Assembly: GCF_038025025.1 (NCBI RefSeq)
Contig: NW_027117346.1
Span: 1,054,001-1,118,000, forward strand
Source: Phyllosticta citribraziliensis
Lineage: Eukaryota
Length of the DNA stretch: 64,000 nt
Reading direction: 5' to 3'
Under the pieces are notes generated by a model. That model did no database searches, had not been told where the DNA came from, and was given only the letters and a program-made list of their open reading frames with translations. Position numbers and translations under genes: made by a program. Below, in pieces: positions 39,766-55,000 of this stretch (positions are counted from its first letter, which is position 1; every line of letters begins with the position of its first letter).

Positions 39766-41064
39766 TGGGAACGAGACAAAAAGAGGAGGAGGAGATCCTG
39801 GATGAGGGGCCGCTGTATCAGTGGTAAACTGATCGAGTGCGTCAGGGTAGACGGGTAGGGCTTGGTTGGCTACGAGCCACAAAAAGTAGAGCGGAAGCAG
39901 GACTTTGAAGTTGCTTCAACTTTCTCAGAGGAGACAAAATGATGAAGACACGAGCAACCCACGTCACGTCAATGTCGTCTTGTCGTCAGTTGTCACGAAG
40001 ACAATTAACGGAGCACGAAAGTTCGTCGCAACTTTGAACTTTTTTCGCCTCCTAGCTGCCATCGTACCACATTACATACATGTACCTGACCCGTCCCCCA
40101 GAGGAGAGAAAGCCACAACGAAAGGAACACATGAAAAAGGACAATCAAGAAGAACTTTTAATCAAAAGACCAACATGATAGTAGTCTGCCAGCCCAACGC
40201 TATGATCGTCCGGTGTCCCACCGCATTGATGCCAGAGAATGCCGCCGAGACGCAAAATGAGTAGAAAAAAGTGCCGCCCTGTCGCTTTTGGTGTTGTTTT
40301 TAGAGAAATGAAAGATCCTCCGAGTGTCTGCCTTCCCCTCCACTTTCGCATCCTCTGCGTTTCTGGTACGCCTCATCGAGTTATCTTTCCACCTCCAACA
40401 TAGGCGACTTCTTTGGTTGAGTTGCGAATGTGTGTATGTACTGAGCTGGCTGCGTGCATCTTGAGTGCGCCAGCCGTAGTCCCCCACCGAGGCTTTGCTT
40501 GTGCCGCGACAACTTTTACGTGAATGTTGAGAGAGAAATCAAAGAAAGAGTGCAGTCCCCCCTGATTGAACGAGAACTTTTGCGCCAAAGACAGCTTGTT
40601 ACTCAAGTCTTTCCCTTTCAGCGTACATGATGGATGCACTTTCAGCCGCCTCGCAAGTGTTTGTTTTCTACGAAGTGGGAAAGAGAAAAGAGAGCGCAGA
40701 GGATCCAGGGGATGGAAAGGGGTTTGCTTGATCCACGTTGACAGGACATTGGCGAGCAGACTGAATGAAGAGAGTAAAAAGGACAAAGAGACAGAAAGAC
40801 AAGGGGATGTACAACGCCCGGAAGGGTATCACAGTGTGTAGCAAGGAAAAAGCAAGACTGGAAAGGATGGAACAAAATCAATGTCCGATCCGGGGAAACA
40901 GGAGGGGAATTTGTCGTTGACAAGAGGCGAAAATTTTGATCGTGTCATGTCTTGAGTATGGCACTGCAAGCCAGGATGAATCCAACACCAAGTGCAGGAT
41001 GACCATTGTGGGAGATGTGTAAGTCCTGGGCCTTTCAATGGGAGCAATCAAGAATCTTGCGTCC

Positions 41065-44000
41065 TCATTCACTCGTGCTGCCAACGCTTGCAAAGCTCTG
41101 TCTCTGCCCAAACGGCGCTCCAGGAGCGGCCAGCCCGCCACCGACCGCGGATCCTGCCCCAGCTGCCGACAACCCCGTGACAGGAGGTGTTGGGGTTGCA
41201 GCGACAACGGCGGGGGGAGGCGCATGCTTATCCCACAGTCGTTTAATCTCGCGAAGCCTGTTGCGCCATGGCGAGACGTACTCCCCCGCTTCACGGGCAG
41301 ACCAGACTTGGCAGAACACCGAGGCGTTGAGCGCAAGCATACGAACGTAAGCGGGTAAACCACGACCGGAGATAATTTTGGTTTCCGAGGCAGGCGAAAT
41401 CTCTGGGAATCCAGGACGGGTGAGTACTTGGACTTTGTAGTAAGCGTCGAGGTGTCGGCGTTGGTGATGTGAGTAGTGTTGATTTGGATGGACTGACTGA
41501 TCGACAGGCTCAGATTGCGGCGGCGGGATGAGTGTGGGATGCGATTCTGGAGTAATGACAATGTACACATAGTTGAACTGTGAGGGGAACATGTCGAAAT
41601 GGAACGGGTTTCCTGAGTTGTTGAAGACGATGTTGATGAAGTCATTGCCAATGTGCCGTTTTTTGTTGATGCAGAGGGGATCCATTTCGAGATTGGTTGG
41701 CATCAATGTAAGAACGTGGAAGATGATCTCAACTGCTCGATCACGCCAGCAGATGGCGAACTCGCCGTCCATGTCCATGGAAGTGTCCAGGCCTTGCGTG
41801 TTGAACTTCGCGTCTTTCAAGCGCATAGCTTTGTTTTCTCCCAGGGCAAGAACAAATGATGTGTAATCACCGGTACCCATGACGTTGGCGAGTACTTCTT
41901 GTTCTGTTGTTTGTCCTTCTCCGATAAATATGACGCCGACTTTGTGGCCGTCGACGGTTGGAGAGCGATCGAGAGCTGCGATGGAGCGCTGCGTGGCAGC
42001 ATCGTCAGGTAATTGAATCCATGGGTTCTTTTCTCCGGCATTCGGGTCGAGGAGCGTGATCGGCGCGAAAAACCCTTGGAAGATGTCTTCCGGAAGGACT
42101 CCAACATAGGATGAAGTGTAGAACGCTTCAGCAGCCAAGCCAGTGAGCAATGGCACCTGATGCATGGGCGTCGGGGCAAGGGACGGGCGGTAGATGCCAT
42201 AGCTGGTGTAGGACTGCTCAAGTCAGCATGCTGATCGAAAAGTCGACGGGGAAACTTACTGGTCTGCGTTTGATCATCTGAGTGACACCAGTTCGAGCCG
42301 CAGTCTCAAATGTCAGCAGCATCTCTTTGCCAATCACCCAGGACATTTTGGAAACTGGGCCATCTGCCTCCGAAGAAAATTGTTCCGTGTACTTGGTCTC
42401 GTCACGATCAGTGTGCGCACGGCTATGCAACATGTCGATTGTGATCTGAGCTTGCTCTTCCAAAGTCTCGCGGCCGAAGCGATCGGTATGGACCAGTCTC
42501 CTTACGATCCACGGGACAAACTGTTTCCGATCCTCGAGTTTCATGGCCATGAACCAGAAGGTAATGACGTGGTAAGCCAGAGCATGAACGTATTGGGAGA
42601 GGTCGTCAACTTGGGCCCGGGTATCTGATAGGCGATCTCTCTTAGAGCTCTGCTGTTCAGACATTTTTGAATCTCGAAGATCGCGAGACGGCCCACTGTG
42701 TCTCAATGCACCACCGCTCAACCGAGCAGATGCAAGCTGACCTTTCTCCGCCTGATCACGAACGTAGTCCAGGTAGCGGAAGCATACACCAAACACCATC
42801 TTGAACTCGTCATCTCTGAAGTTGACGTACAGGTCTGGCAATCGGACGAGGTGGGTCAAAAACTCCAGAATGTGAATGGCGATCTGTGGCTGGGTGATGA
42901 TTTGAGACATCCTTTGGACAAAGTTCTGAAGATGCTTTGTTGTCGACTCTGGTATTTCGTGACAGCAGACTGTAAGAGCATGGATGCACCACTTAGATGT
43001 TCTCTCCCACGTGCCCATGCCGAGCAAGAAGGACTTGACCAATTCGTCTTGCTCGCTCTTTTCAAAGTTTTTGTGGTAGCTGAGCAGTATGGTCAAAATG
43101 TGGAAATAGCACACTGCAACATCCGCCCTTTTGAGGGAGGTGTAGGACGGCGGTTCCGGGACTGAGTTGTTGCGAATCTGCTCACAGATTACATTGCGCA
43201 ACATCTTCATCGCAGGAACGCTATTCCTCCACGCAGTATGATTGCAGAGTTGCGGCCCAATATGGACAAGAAGATAGCTCAGAACCTCCCAGTCGGTGCA
43301 GTTTTGGAAAAGCTTGATGACTGTCTCAATCCAAAGACCAATGTCGAACACCGCACGCGTGGTTGGGACCAAAGGCAACTTCAGCTCAGACTCGGTCCCG
43401 TTGCTCTGTGGTTCTTTCTCCTCATCGTGTTGGACCACTGCTGGCTCCAAGTGCGTGAACAAAACCAGACTCGAACTTGATGGGGGGTCTTCTGGAAGTC
43501 CTGGTTGACCGGCGCCATACATCCACAAAGGTTGCACCGGCCTTGGCTTTGCCATACCGCTGGAGACTCGAGAAGGCACTCGAGAGTTGGGGCCCGTAGA
43601 CACACCCGGCACACCCTTACCGCTAGCAACAGATCCACGATCGCGAGATGGAGCACGTTCTTCGACACTTGTTGGGCTGATGGCTTCCACGGCGGGAGCG
43701 GCGACATCCTCTTTCTGCGCCGCGGCAGCTGTGTCCGCCGTGCGACACAACACGGCCGCCATACTCTCACCTTCCGCCGCAAGACTGATCCGCAGTCCAT
43801 GGTCAGCGTCACTCCGGAGACGGGACAGGAATTTGACGGCAGTGATCCGTGCATCCATGTCGCATTTGTCAGTGGCTGCGACCCAGATGATGAGCTCATA
43901 TGCTTTGTTCGTTTTCCAAACCGAAGTTCGAAAGTTCCTAATGAAGATGCGAACAAGGGCTTTCGTGAGGACATTGCTCGGGGACATTGGATTCTCCGCA

Positions 44001-46171
44001 AGTATCCAATCCTCCTTGGATTTCTCGGGCAAGCTCCCGATGAACTCCCACAAGTAGACCTGGAAGATGTCCATGGAGTACTCGACTAATTCTTCCGACC
44101 CTTCCGAAATCACCTTGACTGCGGCATCGGTGAGGACTTCAAGAACAGCCGGATGGGTCTCTTCGTTGATGTGGTCGATGACCAATTTGGCGCATTCAAC
44201 CTGCACCTCAGTTGGAAGGACAGCGGCCACGTAGTCATATGCTTCCACTATAGCGCGTATGCTGTAGATACGAAGCACTGAAGACCGCTGTTTATCCCTA
44301 AAGAATGGGCCAAGCAAGTGTTCCCAGGTGTCCTTCCACGACGGATTTGGCGGCTGTAAGAGGCGTTCATCTCGGTGGAAATCAATGACCCCCTTTGCAA
44401 CGTCGTCCGGAAGCTTTCCGCCAAGTCGAACAAGGAGAGCCATAGTCTCCAGTCTCTGAAAAATATCCAGTTGATCACGGATTTCGTAAAGCCGAAGCAG
44501 GATGCCGCGCAAGGGAACTGATGGATGAAGGTTTTCGCTCTCCTCGCTGTCGACTGATTGGGGGAAGCTGTGATGTTCAATGCCGTCGAAATCGCGTACG
44601 TCATGATCCGGAACCTCGAACGAGCATTTGAGAATGATCTCGAGGAATATGGTCCAATCATACTCATCAAAGAGTTGGCGTTTGTACTTGTTCTTGTCGC
44701 TTGCGGTGAGCAATTTCCATATAATGATGAGGACATCAGCATCTAGATGTAAATTGTCCGTCTTCATCTTGAGCAAGACCCGCTCATCTTCAGTCTTGAA
44801 TTCGTTGCCCTGCCGATGGCCGTTTTCATCGGTGATAAGCTCACTCAGGGCCGGCAAAAATAGCGACAACTGCAGCTCGGCAAGATGCTCAGCCCTCTCG
44901 CTGAAGAGCAAATCATCAAGCACCTTCACGGCCCCTCGCACAACGTTGGTGCGTTGTTTGGGCGAGCTCAACTTTCCATACAAAATGTTGAGAAAGTCGA
45001 AGACCGCCGCCGGAGCAACGTGTGAGCCATATAGGTTGACAATGACTCTTTCGGCAAGATCTCGCAAATCACCCAGTTGAAGCAGCCGGTTGCATACGGA
45101 ACAGAGAAGCTCCAAGCAGGGCTGGAGATGCTTCTGCGGGATGTCCTTGTATGTGATGAGAGTATCAATGACCACAATGCCGTTTCTGAGGTCGGGCTTC
45201 CTTGTGGTACGCCGTGAGATGAACAGCACCTTTTCCAAAAGATCTTCGATATGCCTGTCGGACAGGAGCTTCGCATTGAATTTAATCAAGTCAATCAATA
45301 GTCGGAAGACTTCTTCCAACTGGACATCCTCAGCGAGAGCGACATCAGCTTTGGCATTCCGATGGGTATCTCTTGCTGTCCGCGCCACGGCGAAGCACTT
45401 GTCCAACAGTCGGCAGAGTACGGGGGTAACTTTTGTCTCCAAGGCATCGATATTGCGACCTCCGCTTGTCAGGGAGTTCAAGAGCTGTAGCCTCATGCCC
45501 GCTATTTGTTCATGTTCGCTCGTCGCTATGAGGGAGAAGAAGTTGCTTCTCTCGGCGGACGACAGGGTCGGAAGCTTGACCAAAGAGTACAAGAGCCGAT
45601 ATGCTGCTTGAGCAGCATCCGGGTTCTCTGACCTAAGCAAAGACTCTTGCGCGAGAATCCATATACCCCAGACACCTTTTATCGCATATTGATCGAGGAT
45701 GGGACAAAGCCTGTGCGCCGCATCTATGCGTTGAAGGAGGGGTGCTCTGGGGCTAAGCTCTTCGATGTATTGAGAGAGTTCCGGGGGGCCTCCCATGACC
45801 GGAGGGATTGTAATTCCAGAAGCGTCGAAATGGCTTGGTCGCGAGCGTACGACGTGCCGACCCGGCGTAGGTTCCGTACCGTCGGCGGAAGCTGGCTCGA
45901 GATGTCGGGGAAGGAATGAGACACTAGGTCGCCTTGCGAATATGCCTTGGACGGGAGCTCCGCTGGTCACCGACGAGGGGATGTCTGTTGTCGATTGGCG
46001 ATTGCGGCCGATGAGATCCTTGAACAGGTTGGAAATGGAGCTCGCAGACGCCTGGTTGCGGATGGGTGTCTCGGGAGACTTTGGAGGCTGAGGCAGAGCC
46101 TCGGGCGGCGGAGACGGAGACGACATGGCGGCGGGCACAGGAGCTGAAGGAAGGAGCTGGTCTGAGGCCAT
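41065..46171 (-). CDS. TSC2: Tuberin (TSC2), Rheb GTPase-activating protein
   Basis: Long helical N-terminal exon (CIHALTVCCHEIP, AIHILEFL, LAYHVITFWF), intron 42214-42259, then a Rap-GAP domain (HKVGVIFIGEGQ, EIIFHVLTLMP, catalytic KKRHIGND). Start at ATG 46171 or 46126. Confidence 0.93.
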
Positions 46172-46962
46172 GGTTAGTGGGAATTCGAGCGATGGGTATG
46201 GCGGAGGCGAGCGTACAGCCAAGGGTCGCTCTCGAGTTGGATCAAGCAAGACTCAGTCAGCCTGAAGCATGAGAGAGCCTGCCCAGCCCAGTGTCCCGAC
46301 AGCAGGCCCGTACCAGCAAAGGGCGAAGGTACGAGGGCGCACCCTCAGGATTGCTCGAGCTGACGTCCAGGAGTTGGCAGGTGCGGGTCGCGACAGGGCC
46401 GTGTTGGAGATGTTGTTGGAGAGGTCGAGTCCGGGGCGGCAGAAAAGTCCATGAGGGCGATCGGCGGCATGCGGACCAGGCGGCGAAGTCAGACGGGAGC
46501 CCAAGCCCTCGGCCCAACAGCGAGAAGAAGCGAGGGAGAGGGGCAACGGCGAGGTTGGAGAGGGAGGAGAGGCCAGGTACGCAGCGAAGGAAAGACAGAA
46601 TGGAGAATCAAAGGCGCAAGTTAGACAAACCGACCCGAGTGACTTGCAAGTTCCAACTACTACTGACGGCATCGACAGCCACCGTGGGGTAAGCGGACAC
46701 TAAACCCAAAGCTCGCTAGTTCCACCGCCGGGCTTGCAAGGCCTCCCTCGTCGCTCTATTTACATGCACTCGACGCGTCTTAGCCCTCCTCTACACCATG
46801 GCTGTCTCTGGGCGCATCCGTCGTCCTCGTCCACCAAAAGCCATGTATTCCATAAATGCTCCGTCCAGCTGACGAGCAGCTTTGAGACACCCATCCAACG
46901 CCCGCCGCGCCATCATCCCATGTCTCTCCATTTCCCCGCAATGGCTCCTGACCCCCCTCCTC

Positions 46963-49900
46963 TCAGACCATCACCTGAATCGCGCACAGTGGATTTGCGT
47001 GATGTCCAGGGAATGGCCCCTCGGTAATATCCACGCCCAGCTCTACCTTCATTCCGGGCATTACTCCCAAAGGCAGCACAATGTCGGCTTCGAGCTGCTG
47101 GACCGCGTGTGGTTCCAGCGTGATCAATTTCGCCCAGTGCAGCAGCTCCTTGCGAATTTCGCTTTTGATCATCTCCAGCGGGTCAACGCCGTCATCATGC
47201 CACACGTTGACCTCGGGAAAGAGCTGAAATTCGTAGTTTGTCGCACTCGTATTCTTCAACGTCACGCTCAGCTGGACGCGCTTCCCGCGGCCCACGCAGT
47301 AGAGTGGCACCGCGGAAAAGGTGGCCTGGAGGTGCCGGCCGTGTGCATCCAGGACCAAATGATATTCATCTCCAGCGGGCAGGGCTAAGCGCTCGGAGCC
47401 GGGTATCGAAAACTGGATGTCCAGAATGCCCATGACAGCTCCAACGTCTTGAGGTGTTAGACTAAGAGCCTGGCAATTCACTTGGCCGGCACGGCCGGCA
47501 CGGTCGCGCCAGTTGCAGTGAAGACACTCGAGAAGCTTTTGTCGGTACCAAAAGCACATCTTGTCTTCGCGCGAAATCTGTTGGACATCGGTGAGGACAA
47601 ACTGGCGATCTTGAGCCGCTGGGATCGCTTCGTTCGCGTAATCCAAGAAAATCCGAGGAAGCAAGACTGCCATACTGCTAGTCTGGCCAGGCTCAAGAAA
47701 GTCAGAACGAGCAGTGAGTTCAAGGGCTTGATTCTCGGCCGAGGCACCATCGCTGTACCAGGCGTCGACCGAAAGCTCCCGGTCGGAAGCGTTGGTGTAA
47801 TCGAATAGAAGCACGAAGTGGCTGTCGAGGTCCGCACTTGGATATTTTGCCCCGATGATCTCGCTTGCTGCCTTGCCTGGAAGAATCGAAAAGTTCGATG
47901 TCGTGATGGAAGGCTGCACGGTGACGGAGATATCTTGTGACGCTCTACTTGTAATGTAGAATCGCTCAATTTCTGGGGGTGGATTGGTCGCGGCATACTC
48001 GACGCTTATCGTGCCTTTGGTGAGACCTTGTACACCGTACACGTCGACTGAAAAGGCCATTATGCCGTTCGGCACAAGCTCAGCGGATGGGCGAAAGTCT
48101 TGCGACTTCCACTCAGCCTGGGCAATGTCCAGTCCAAGCTCGTATATTTTCGAAGGAACATTGCTTGCTCTCCTCAGTCCTTTCAAAGCGTCGGCAATGT
48201 CATTACGTGAATGAAATTGCAGCACATGAGCAAGACAGGATGGGTCCTTTTCGCTATGAGCGAGCGTGGCCTCGAATTTCTTCGTCTCTCCCTCTAAAAG
48301 AGCCAGCGTGTTTTGGACCAGGTCGGTCTTCATGAGCAGTGTTGGCTGTCTTGGAACGACCGAAACAGATGGCATGAGCGGCTCACCGCTGGGCTGCAGC
48401 TTCACTGTGGAGGCAGTCCCAGGGCGAGAGGATTCATCTGACTTGGGATACTTTACAGCATCATGGCCTGTTTGTTTCATCTTTTCGAGCTCTTCCGGTG
48501 CGACGCCACTGACTGATACCTCAAAGTCATGCTCGCGGCAGTCTTCCAGCTTGATCCGCACTCTTGTCAGATTGTGTATGTCTGAAATGTCGGCAACCAC
48601 TGGAACTCTCAAAGGCTGAACGGCTGATCCCGGGACGTCGTATTTGAGGTTTGGCAGGCAGTATATTTCGACCCCCCTGTCTGACACAAGCTTGATCGAA
48701 TTGACGGTCAGAGAGAAAGCAAAAGGGTTGCGGAGGGTAATGATGAATTCAGCAGGCTCCCCAGCAACGAGCGGCACGATTACTGCACCCTTCGACTGGT
48801 TCCCAAAGGCTTGATGTTCGAATCTGGCGCTGCCCCTCTGATTTGGATCATCTCCGTCTAGGTTCTTGCGCAAGTGAAGATCTCGCTCTGCGCGCTCGTG
48901 GTCGTACTTGACGCTGTGGACGAGATGGTCGTACCAAAAGATGGCTTCAAGCTCTGAAAGATCCTCTCCCATGGTCTTTGCGAAGCCCAGAGTGCGCCTG
49001 ATGTTCTCTCGGAGGCGCTGCTGGTCGTCTCTCGGCAGAATACATCGAAATCCAGGATCGTTCTCTTCTAGAGGCTCCTGGGGAGCTGTAATGTAGAGAA
49101 ATGCAGACGAGAAGTCGACGACACCTTTCAAGTCTCCCATGGCTTCGCAAACTTTGATGCATCGTCGCAGAACTTCGGCCTTCAACACCAAGCTTCCATA
49201 GGTACGGAATTCATCTTGCCTCTTGATGTGAGGGTCTATTCTCCTTCGCGGAGGAACGCCGTAGTCGCGGATAAATTGTTCAAGGAAGATGAACACCGTT
49301 TCGCCATGCTTCTTGTCGCCAGGAGGGACGATTCCTCCAGAGAGCATACCAGCTGCAGGATGGATACCCAACTCTGCAGCACCGAGCTTACGAGCTTGAA
49401 GCAGTGCAGGAACCAAGATGTCCATGAGAAGGGTGACGACAAAAGCCCTCTTTCTGGATAGTCCCAGCCTGGCCAGGCAGCCCGCAGCTTCAGAATAAAC
49501 AGTTGCGCGCTCGGCATCTGTCACTGCATTCGACTGGTTGACCTCTTCGATGGCCTCCGACAGGATGTTTGAAATGTGCACAACCTTTTCTGAACTTCCT
49601 TTAAGGGGACGCAGCGAACTGCTGTCTTCGCTCCCTTCCAGTAGAGACATGAAATCTTCTGATGTTGGCACTTCTGTCTTGCCTATTCTTTCAATCGTTG
49701 TCAAGAGTTTTGCGGTGCGGATTTTATTCTCCGAGTCGATAAGGGCTAGCAACTGTGCTGAGTCGGCTTTGAAAGACAACTTGTAAAAGCTTGTAACGCG
49801 CGACGTAAGATCTGGCGTCCACTCAATGATGCTTGATATGTTGCCTGCCACAGCCACCCCCTTTGTGCTTGGTGTGCAAGACGTGGGTATCTGTTCGAAT

Positions 49901-51196
49901 ATAGCGTCAGATGATTTCTGGCCAAATTGGCGAAGTGTTTGCCATACCTCAAATTCTTGGCCCTGTCCGATGAGGACTAGACTACAGATGACCATTTGCT
50001 CCAGCGTCTTCGCCATGACTAGATGATCATTGATTGACTCGGCTCTGAGATGGACCTCGTGCGACCTTTTTAATGCTTCGAGAACGTGCCCTGCCATCAG
50101 GCAGACTTGAGCATCAACCATGTCATGGCGGCATGCGTTGCTCAGCCGAGCTCTTTCCTCCATGCTTCCAGACCCAAAACCTTGAATGGAGAATCGCTGT
50201 AACGCGCGAGGCCTGGAAATGGACTCCATTGTTGGAGTGGTCTCTCCAGATCTTCCACCGGAGGGCTCTTCAGCTGGCGAAAGTCCTTCCGGTGGACTAG
50301 GTCGTTGCGTTTCATTTGGCAAAGTCAAGCGCAGCGGCACCGGGGACGCGCGGTTTACCGAGTCCCTGTTCAGCTGTGCCGGAGAGACTGAACGAGAGCC
50401 CGGACTGTCGGGAGTACCAATACCAAAGGATGATTGACGCCGAACAAGCGAGAAAGGAGATTTGGGTGGTTGCTGAGGGACGTTGGCGCTGGAGATGGTA
50501 ATCTCTGGTAGTGCTTGAAGGGATTTTGCGAGTGTTGTCATTTCGGCGAGAAGTAGCGAAGACAAGTCGCACATGACCGTCTTCATTGTTGTTTTCTTCG
50601 ATTCCGAGAGCGGAGGAACCAAGATTGTCTCCTCGGGGCACCAAGATGGCAAGGAAGGGAGCACGCTATCAAACAAAAGAAGACTGTGCACCAGTGCTCT
50701 TGAGTACTGCTCTCGAAGGACATCGACGGCTTCATTCAATTCCTCTCTTTTCAATGCCACGTTGGTGCTGTCTACCACAGCGCCTGACGAGCCTTCCTTC
50801 TCCAGGGTTTGATATTCTTGACCGTCAGCAATACCTAGAATCATGAGCGGCTCCCTGTACAGCTCAAAAGGAGACAGAGCAAGATAAGAAGGTGGAGGCA
50901 TAGACGCTGTGAAATGATAGAGAAGCATGCCATGTGGATTGCGTAGCGGAGAGAAGGTTGCTTTTGGTCGCACCATTAGTATCGTCATCTTGCAATACAT
51001 GTTTCTTTCTGAGTGGCAGGGACGGCCTACTTCTATCCGGCCGCGGGTCCGGGCTTATGTCTCCCAGGCGTATGGCATGCTCCGGTTGTAGACGTTCAAC
51101 AAAAGAGGTAAATCTTGAGCGCTTGATCTTGCCCGCAGGCACCACCAAGACCCTGATGCGGGCCGGGGCGATGGGAGAGAATGGATCAACGGCCAT
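46963..51196 (-). CDS. TRS120: TRAPPII complex subunit Trs120 (TRAPPC9)
   Basis: MAVDPFSPIAPARIRVLVVPAG...RLGDISPD | intron 50961-51030 | TFSPL...LSPFELYREPLMILGIADG, MKTVMCD, LGLSRKRAF, GAAELGIHPAAG, LVAGEPAEFIITLRNPFAF. Probable in-frame intron 49891-49947. Confidence 0.9.
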
Positions 51197-52033
51197 GGTG
51201 ACATCTGGTATGTGTCGTGACGCTCAAGCAGGGACAATGAGAGGAACAGTCCGGTGGTAGGTCGGGCCGGTCACGGGTGGGCGAGATACATGAGAGCGAA
51301 TGTGCTCTGACAGATCGCTTGGCTCTCCAGCATAGGCGAAATCGGGAGGATGCAGGGTAGAGGCCAAAGGGGTAGAGTTTGATGCGATGAGAGCCCCCTG
51401 CTGCTGTAGGATCCAGTAGCGCCACGGGGCATCCAGAGGCGGTGAGGTGGCGGAAGTTCGTTGACGCGGCGGGTTTCGGGGGTTTGCGGGCCGACAGACA
51501 CGCGGGCGGGCAAGGAACAGCCAGGAAGGATCCCAGGCACCCAGGCACCCAGGTAGCCTATGGGTCGCGGTTTGGAGCCAAAAGTCGTGGCGTAAACAAC
51601 CGCGCCCGCGTGCCACTCGCATGGGCCACGACCTTTGGAGATCGACTTGAGACATGACTCGCTGCGCTTTGCACTCGACGTCCGGCCATCAACACTCACC
51701 CAACAACACCCCTCTCCTCCATCCCTTCTACCGCACCTGATCAGTCCATCTTTGGCTCCTTATATCTTCCGTGCCATCCGCCGCCCTAAGTCTCCTTTCG
51801 TCGTTGAAACTCATCCGCTCATCAATCTTCTTCAACGACCTGGCCTTTGCTTCCCTCGGACGCATACATTATCGGATGCGCGCTGTCATTCAGTACCTTG
51901 TACATACGCAGCTTCTTGGACCGATTCACCTTGGACGCCACTGGGCGCTTGCCATCTCTCTTGGGGGGAAATCTTGCTCCGGCCTCGCGCCATCGCCACC
52001 ACTTTTGCCCGTTGACTCTGAAAAGTCGCCACC

Positions 52034-55000
52034 ATGGCCGGTGTCAACTATGCTCGCATGCGCGAGCTGACTTTGCAGGAAGGTCAAGATGATACCGTCA
52101 CGGTCAACACACGTGCCTTGATCGACAAAGTCCTCGCCCGCTACTCTGCCGAATTCACGACACTCAGGGAACTCGTGCAAAATGCCGCGGACGCTGGCGC
52201 GTCCAAGGTGACTATCAAGTTCGAAACAGATCCATCAACAAAGGTGCCTTTCCCAAGCGATCAGGAGCCGGGCACAGTCCTACGCCACGTGATTAAGCAT
52301 CACAACTTGAGGAGCATGGATGTGTCCAACAACGGCAAGCCCTTTACTGATCCGGACTGGGCCCGCTTGCGATGCATTGCCGAAGGAAATCCTGACGAGA
52401 CCAAGGTCGGGGCATTCGGTGTAGGGTTTTACTCTGTTTTCAGCGAGTGCGATGAGCCTTTTGTCATTTCGGGCAACAAGACCATGGCATTCTTCTGGAA
52501 AGGAAACACGCTGGCCGTGCGTTCATCATCTCTGCCTGCTGATCAAGCCTCTTCCTCTACTCGTTTCATACTGGACTACCGCAAATCATCCGAGAAGGAA
52601 GGGGAATTTACTCCATCGGGAATACCTGACCTTTTCGAACTCTCCAAATTTTTGACGACGAGTCTTACCTTCCTTGCTCTTGAATCAATAGAGCTTCATG
52701 TTGATAGCTTCAAGATATTAGAGCTCACCAAAACCATTTCCACAGCTGTTGCTGCGGCTATCCCGTCTCATATTACAACGACCTCTCAGAACGGCATTAT
52801 GAAGATCCGCCAGGTCACGCATCAAACGGCAAACATTCGAGCAGACTGGAGCAACGCCGTTGCATGGGATAAGAGCGAGCCAACTCAAGAGACTGCTGTG
52901 CAAGAACCGCCACCCAGCATTCCTTCGATCAAAGGCTTCTTCGCCAAGTTCAATATTGGTACAGCTAGCAAGAGGGAACAGGAACAACGGGCTGCAAGAG
53001 AGATTGCGGCCGCAAAGCAACGTGCGATTGCTGAAGACGTGGCCGGGCGGTCGCAGGCGACGATCTCCCTCAACATCAACTCCGTCAACATCGCAACAAA
53101 GGTTCCACCAACTCTCTCCCGGGAGCTCCTTCGTGCCACCAAGAAGCCTCCACCGCAGCAGACTTCGCTGTCGATCCTCACTACTCCCCACACCCACTTG
53201 GAACATTTACTGTCCAATGCCGAAGGACTTACCGTCGACCGTGCAGCAGACTTGTTCGCGTCTGCGTTACCCATGAAACACGGGCGCGTTTTCATCGGCT
53301 TTCCAACTGGACAAACCACCGGCTATCAGTGTCATATCTTTGCCCCATCGCTAATACCCACTGTCGAGCGCGAAAGTATCGACCTCTCAAACAGACATGT
53401 GTCGATCTGGAATGAGAGCATGCTGGAAATCGCGGGCATTGCATGCCGCATGGCGTTTGATAAAGGGATGAGTACAGTCAAGGAGAAAATGGACGAGGTG
53501 CTGAAAGCCGAGGGCGTCAAAAGGCCCACCGACGCCCATGTTACCAAAACAATCCCAGATACTGTCCACGTCCTAGCGCAATGGACTGCGAAAGAAGCAA
53601 CGCCCTCTGCCCTTGTCGGCAAGTGTGTCGAAGAAGGATTCTGGAAAGCGTCAAACAGGGCAGAAATTATGTCCACGCTCGGGGTCCTTCCTTGCCAGGA
53701 AGTGCGCGTGTCCGTCATGAAGCTCAACTTTTTGCGCGACCTCGCAATGATTCCAGAGGAGCTGATAGAACAGAGCTGGGCATTCATCGAAAAGCTCGCC
53801 AATCGCCGCATCATCCAGTATCTCACGGTTGAAGATATTGTCCAGAGATTGGAGAACAAGCCTCTGGACGAAGAAGAGATGCGGGAATTCCTCAAATTCA
53901 CGGCGCGCATGTCCAACTCGGAAGTCATCGATGCGAGCGACCTGAAAAAATTGTTCAATGCCGCAGTTTTGTCCACCGAACAGTCAATAATTGCACTCGG
54001 AAGCATCAGCTACTATCTCGTCCCCTCGAAGTATCCACCTGAGCTCCCGTATCCGATTACGGTAATGCCTCTTCGGTACACTAAAGATTTCAGCCGTGCA
54101 GAATTGGAAGGCTTTGGATGGAACGAACTCCCTGTCGAGGAGTGGGTTCGTTTCCTTCTTGACTTCAACCAACGGACGGGTCCTAAATCGATCACCAAAG
54201 ACTCTGAATTCGCCACCCAGGTTCTCAAAGTCATCTCAAAGCAGTGGGATCAGATGAGGACCAACCAGAGGAACGAGGTAATTGCGATGCTCCAACCACA
54301 TGCCGTCATGCCGACGAAGAACGGCATGCAAAAGCCTCAGCAAACCTATCACCCAAATGTCAAGCTTTTCGAGGATCTTCCCAACTTGATTGTCCCTGGC
54401 CTCAAACCAAGATTCCTCGAAGCTCTGGGTCTTCGCCAAACCATTGATCTCGATTATGTCTTCACTCGCCTATTGGCAGGACCAAATACATCGTCCTCAG
54501 ATTCCAAGCCGAGATGGAGCCATATGGATTTGATAGAATATTTGACCCAAGTGCGCGATTCAATTCCCCAAAAGGACCGCGCAACCCTGGCTGAGAAGCA
54601 AATCTGGCCTGTCGAGGACTATCCTGGCTTCCGGGGCGATGCCTCCAAACTTTATCAGCTCCAGAAGCTCCATGAGCCTGTCAAGGAGAATAAAGAATTG
54701 GGATTGCCCGTAATCAAATGGAAATCCAACGTGGAATATCGCTCTTTTGACCCAAAGGCAAGATTTCTCAAGGATCTGGGCATGCGTGGATTGCCCACTT
54801 GGATTGAACTCGTCGAGATGATGACTCAATCTGTGAAGGAAAAGGACGCTGCTCACTATGAAACTATCCTCAAGCACTTTGTGGCCAATCGTCAACAATG
54901 GCCGAGCTCGACTATTGAGGTCCTGGCCGAGAAGAGGATCTTGCCCGTGGAGAGCAAGCCCTTTCCGTTTCTTGTTCGGTCTATCGACTGTGTGACCAAC

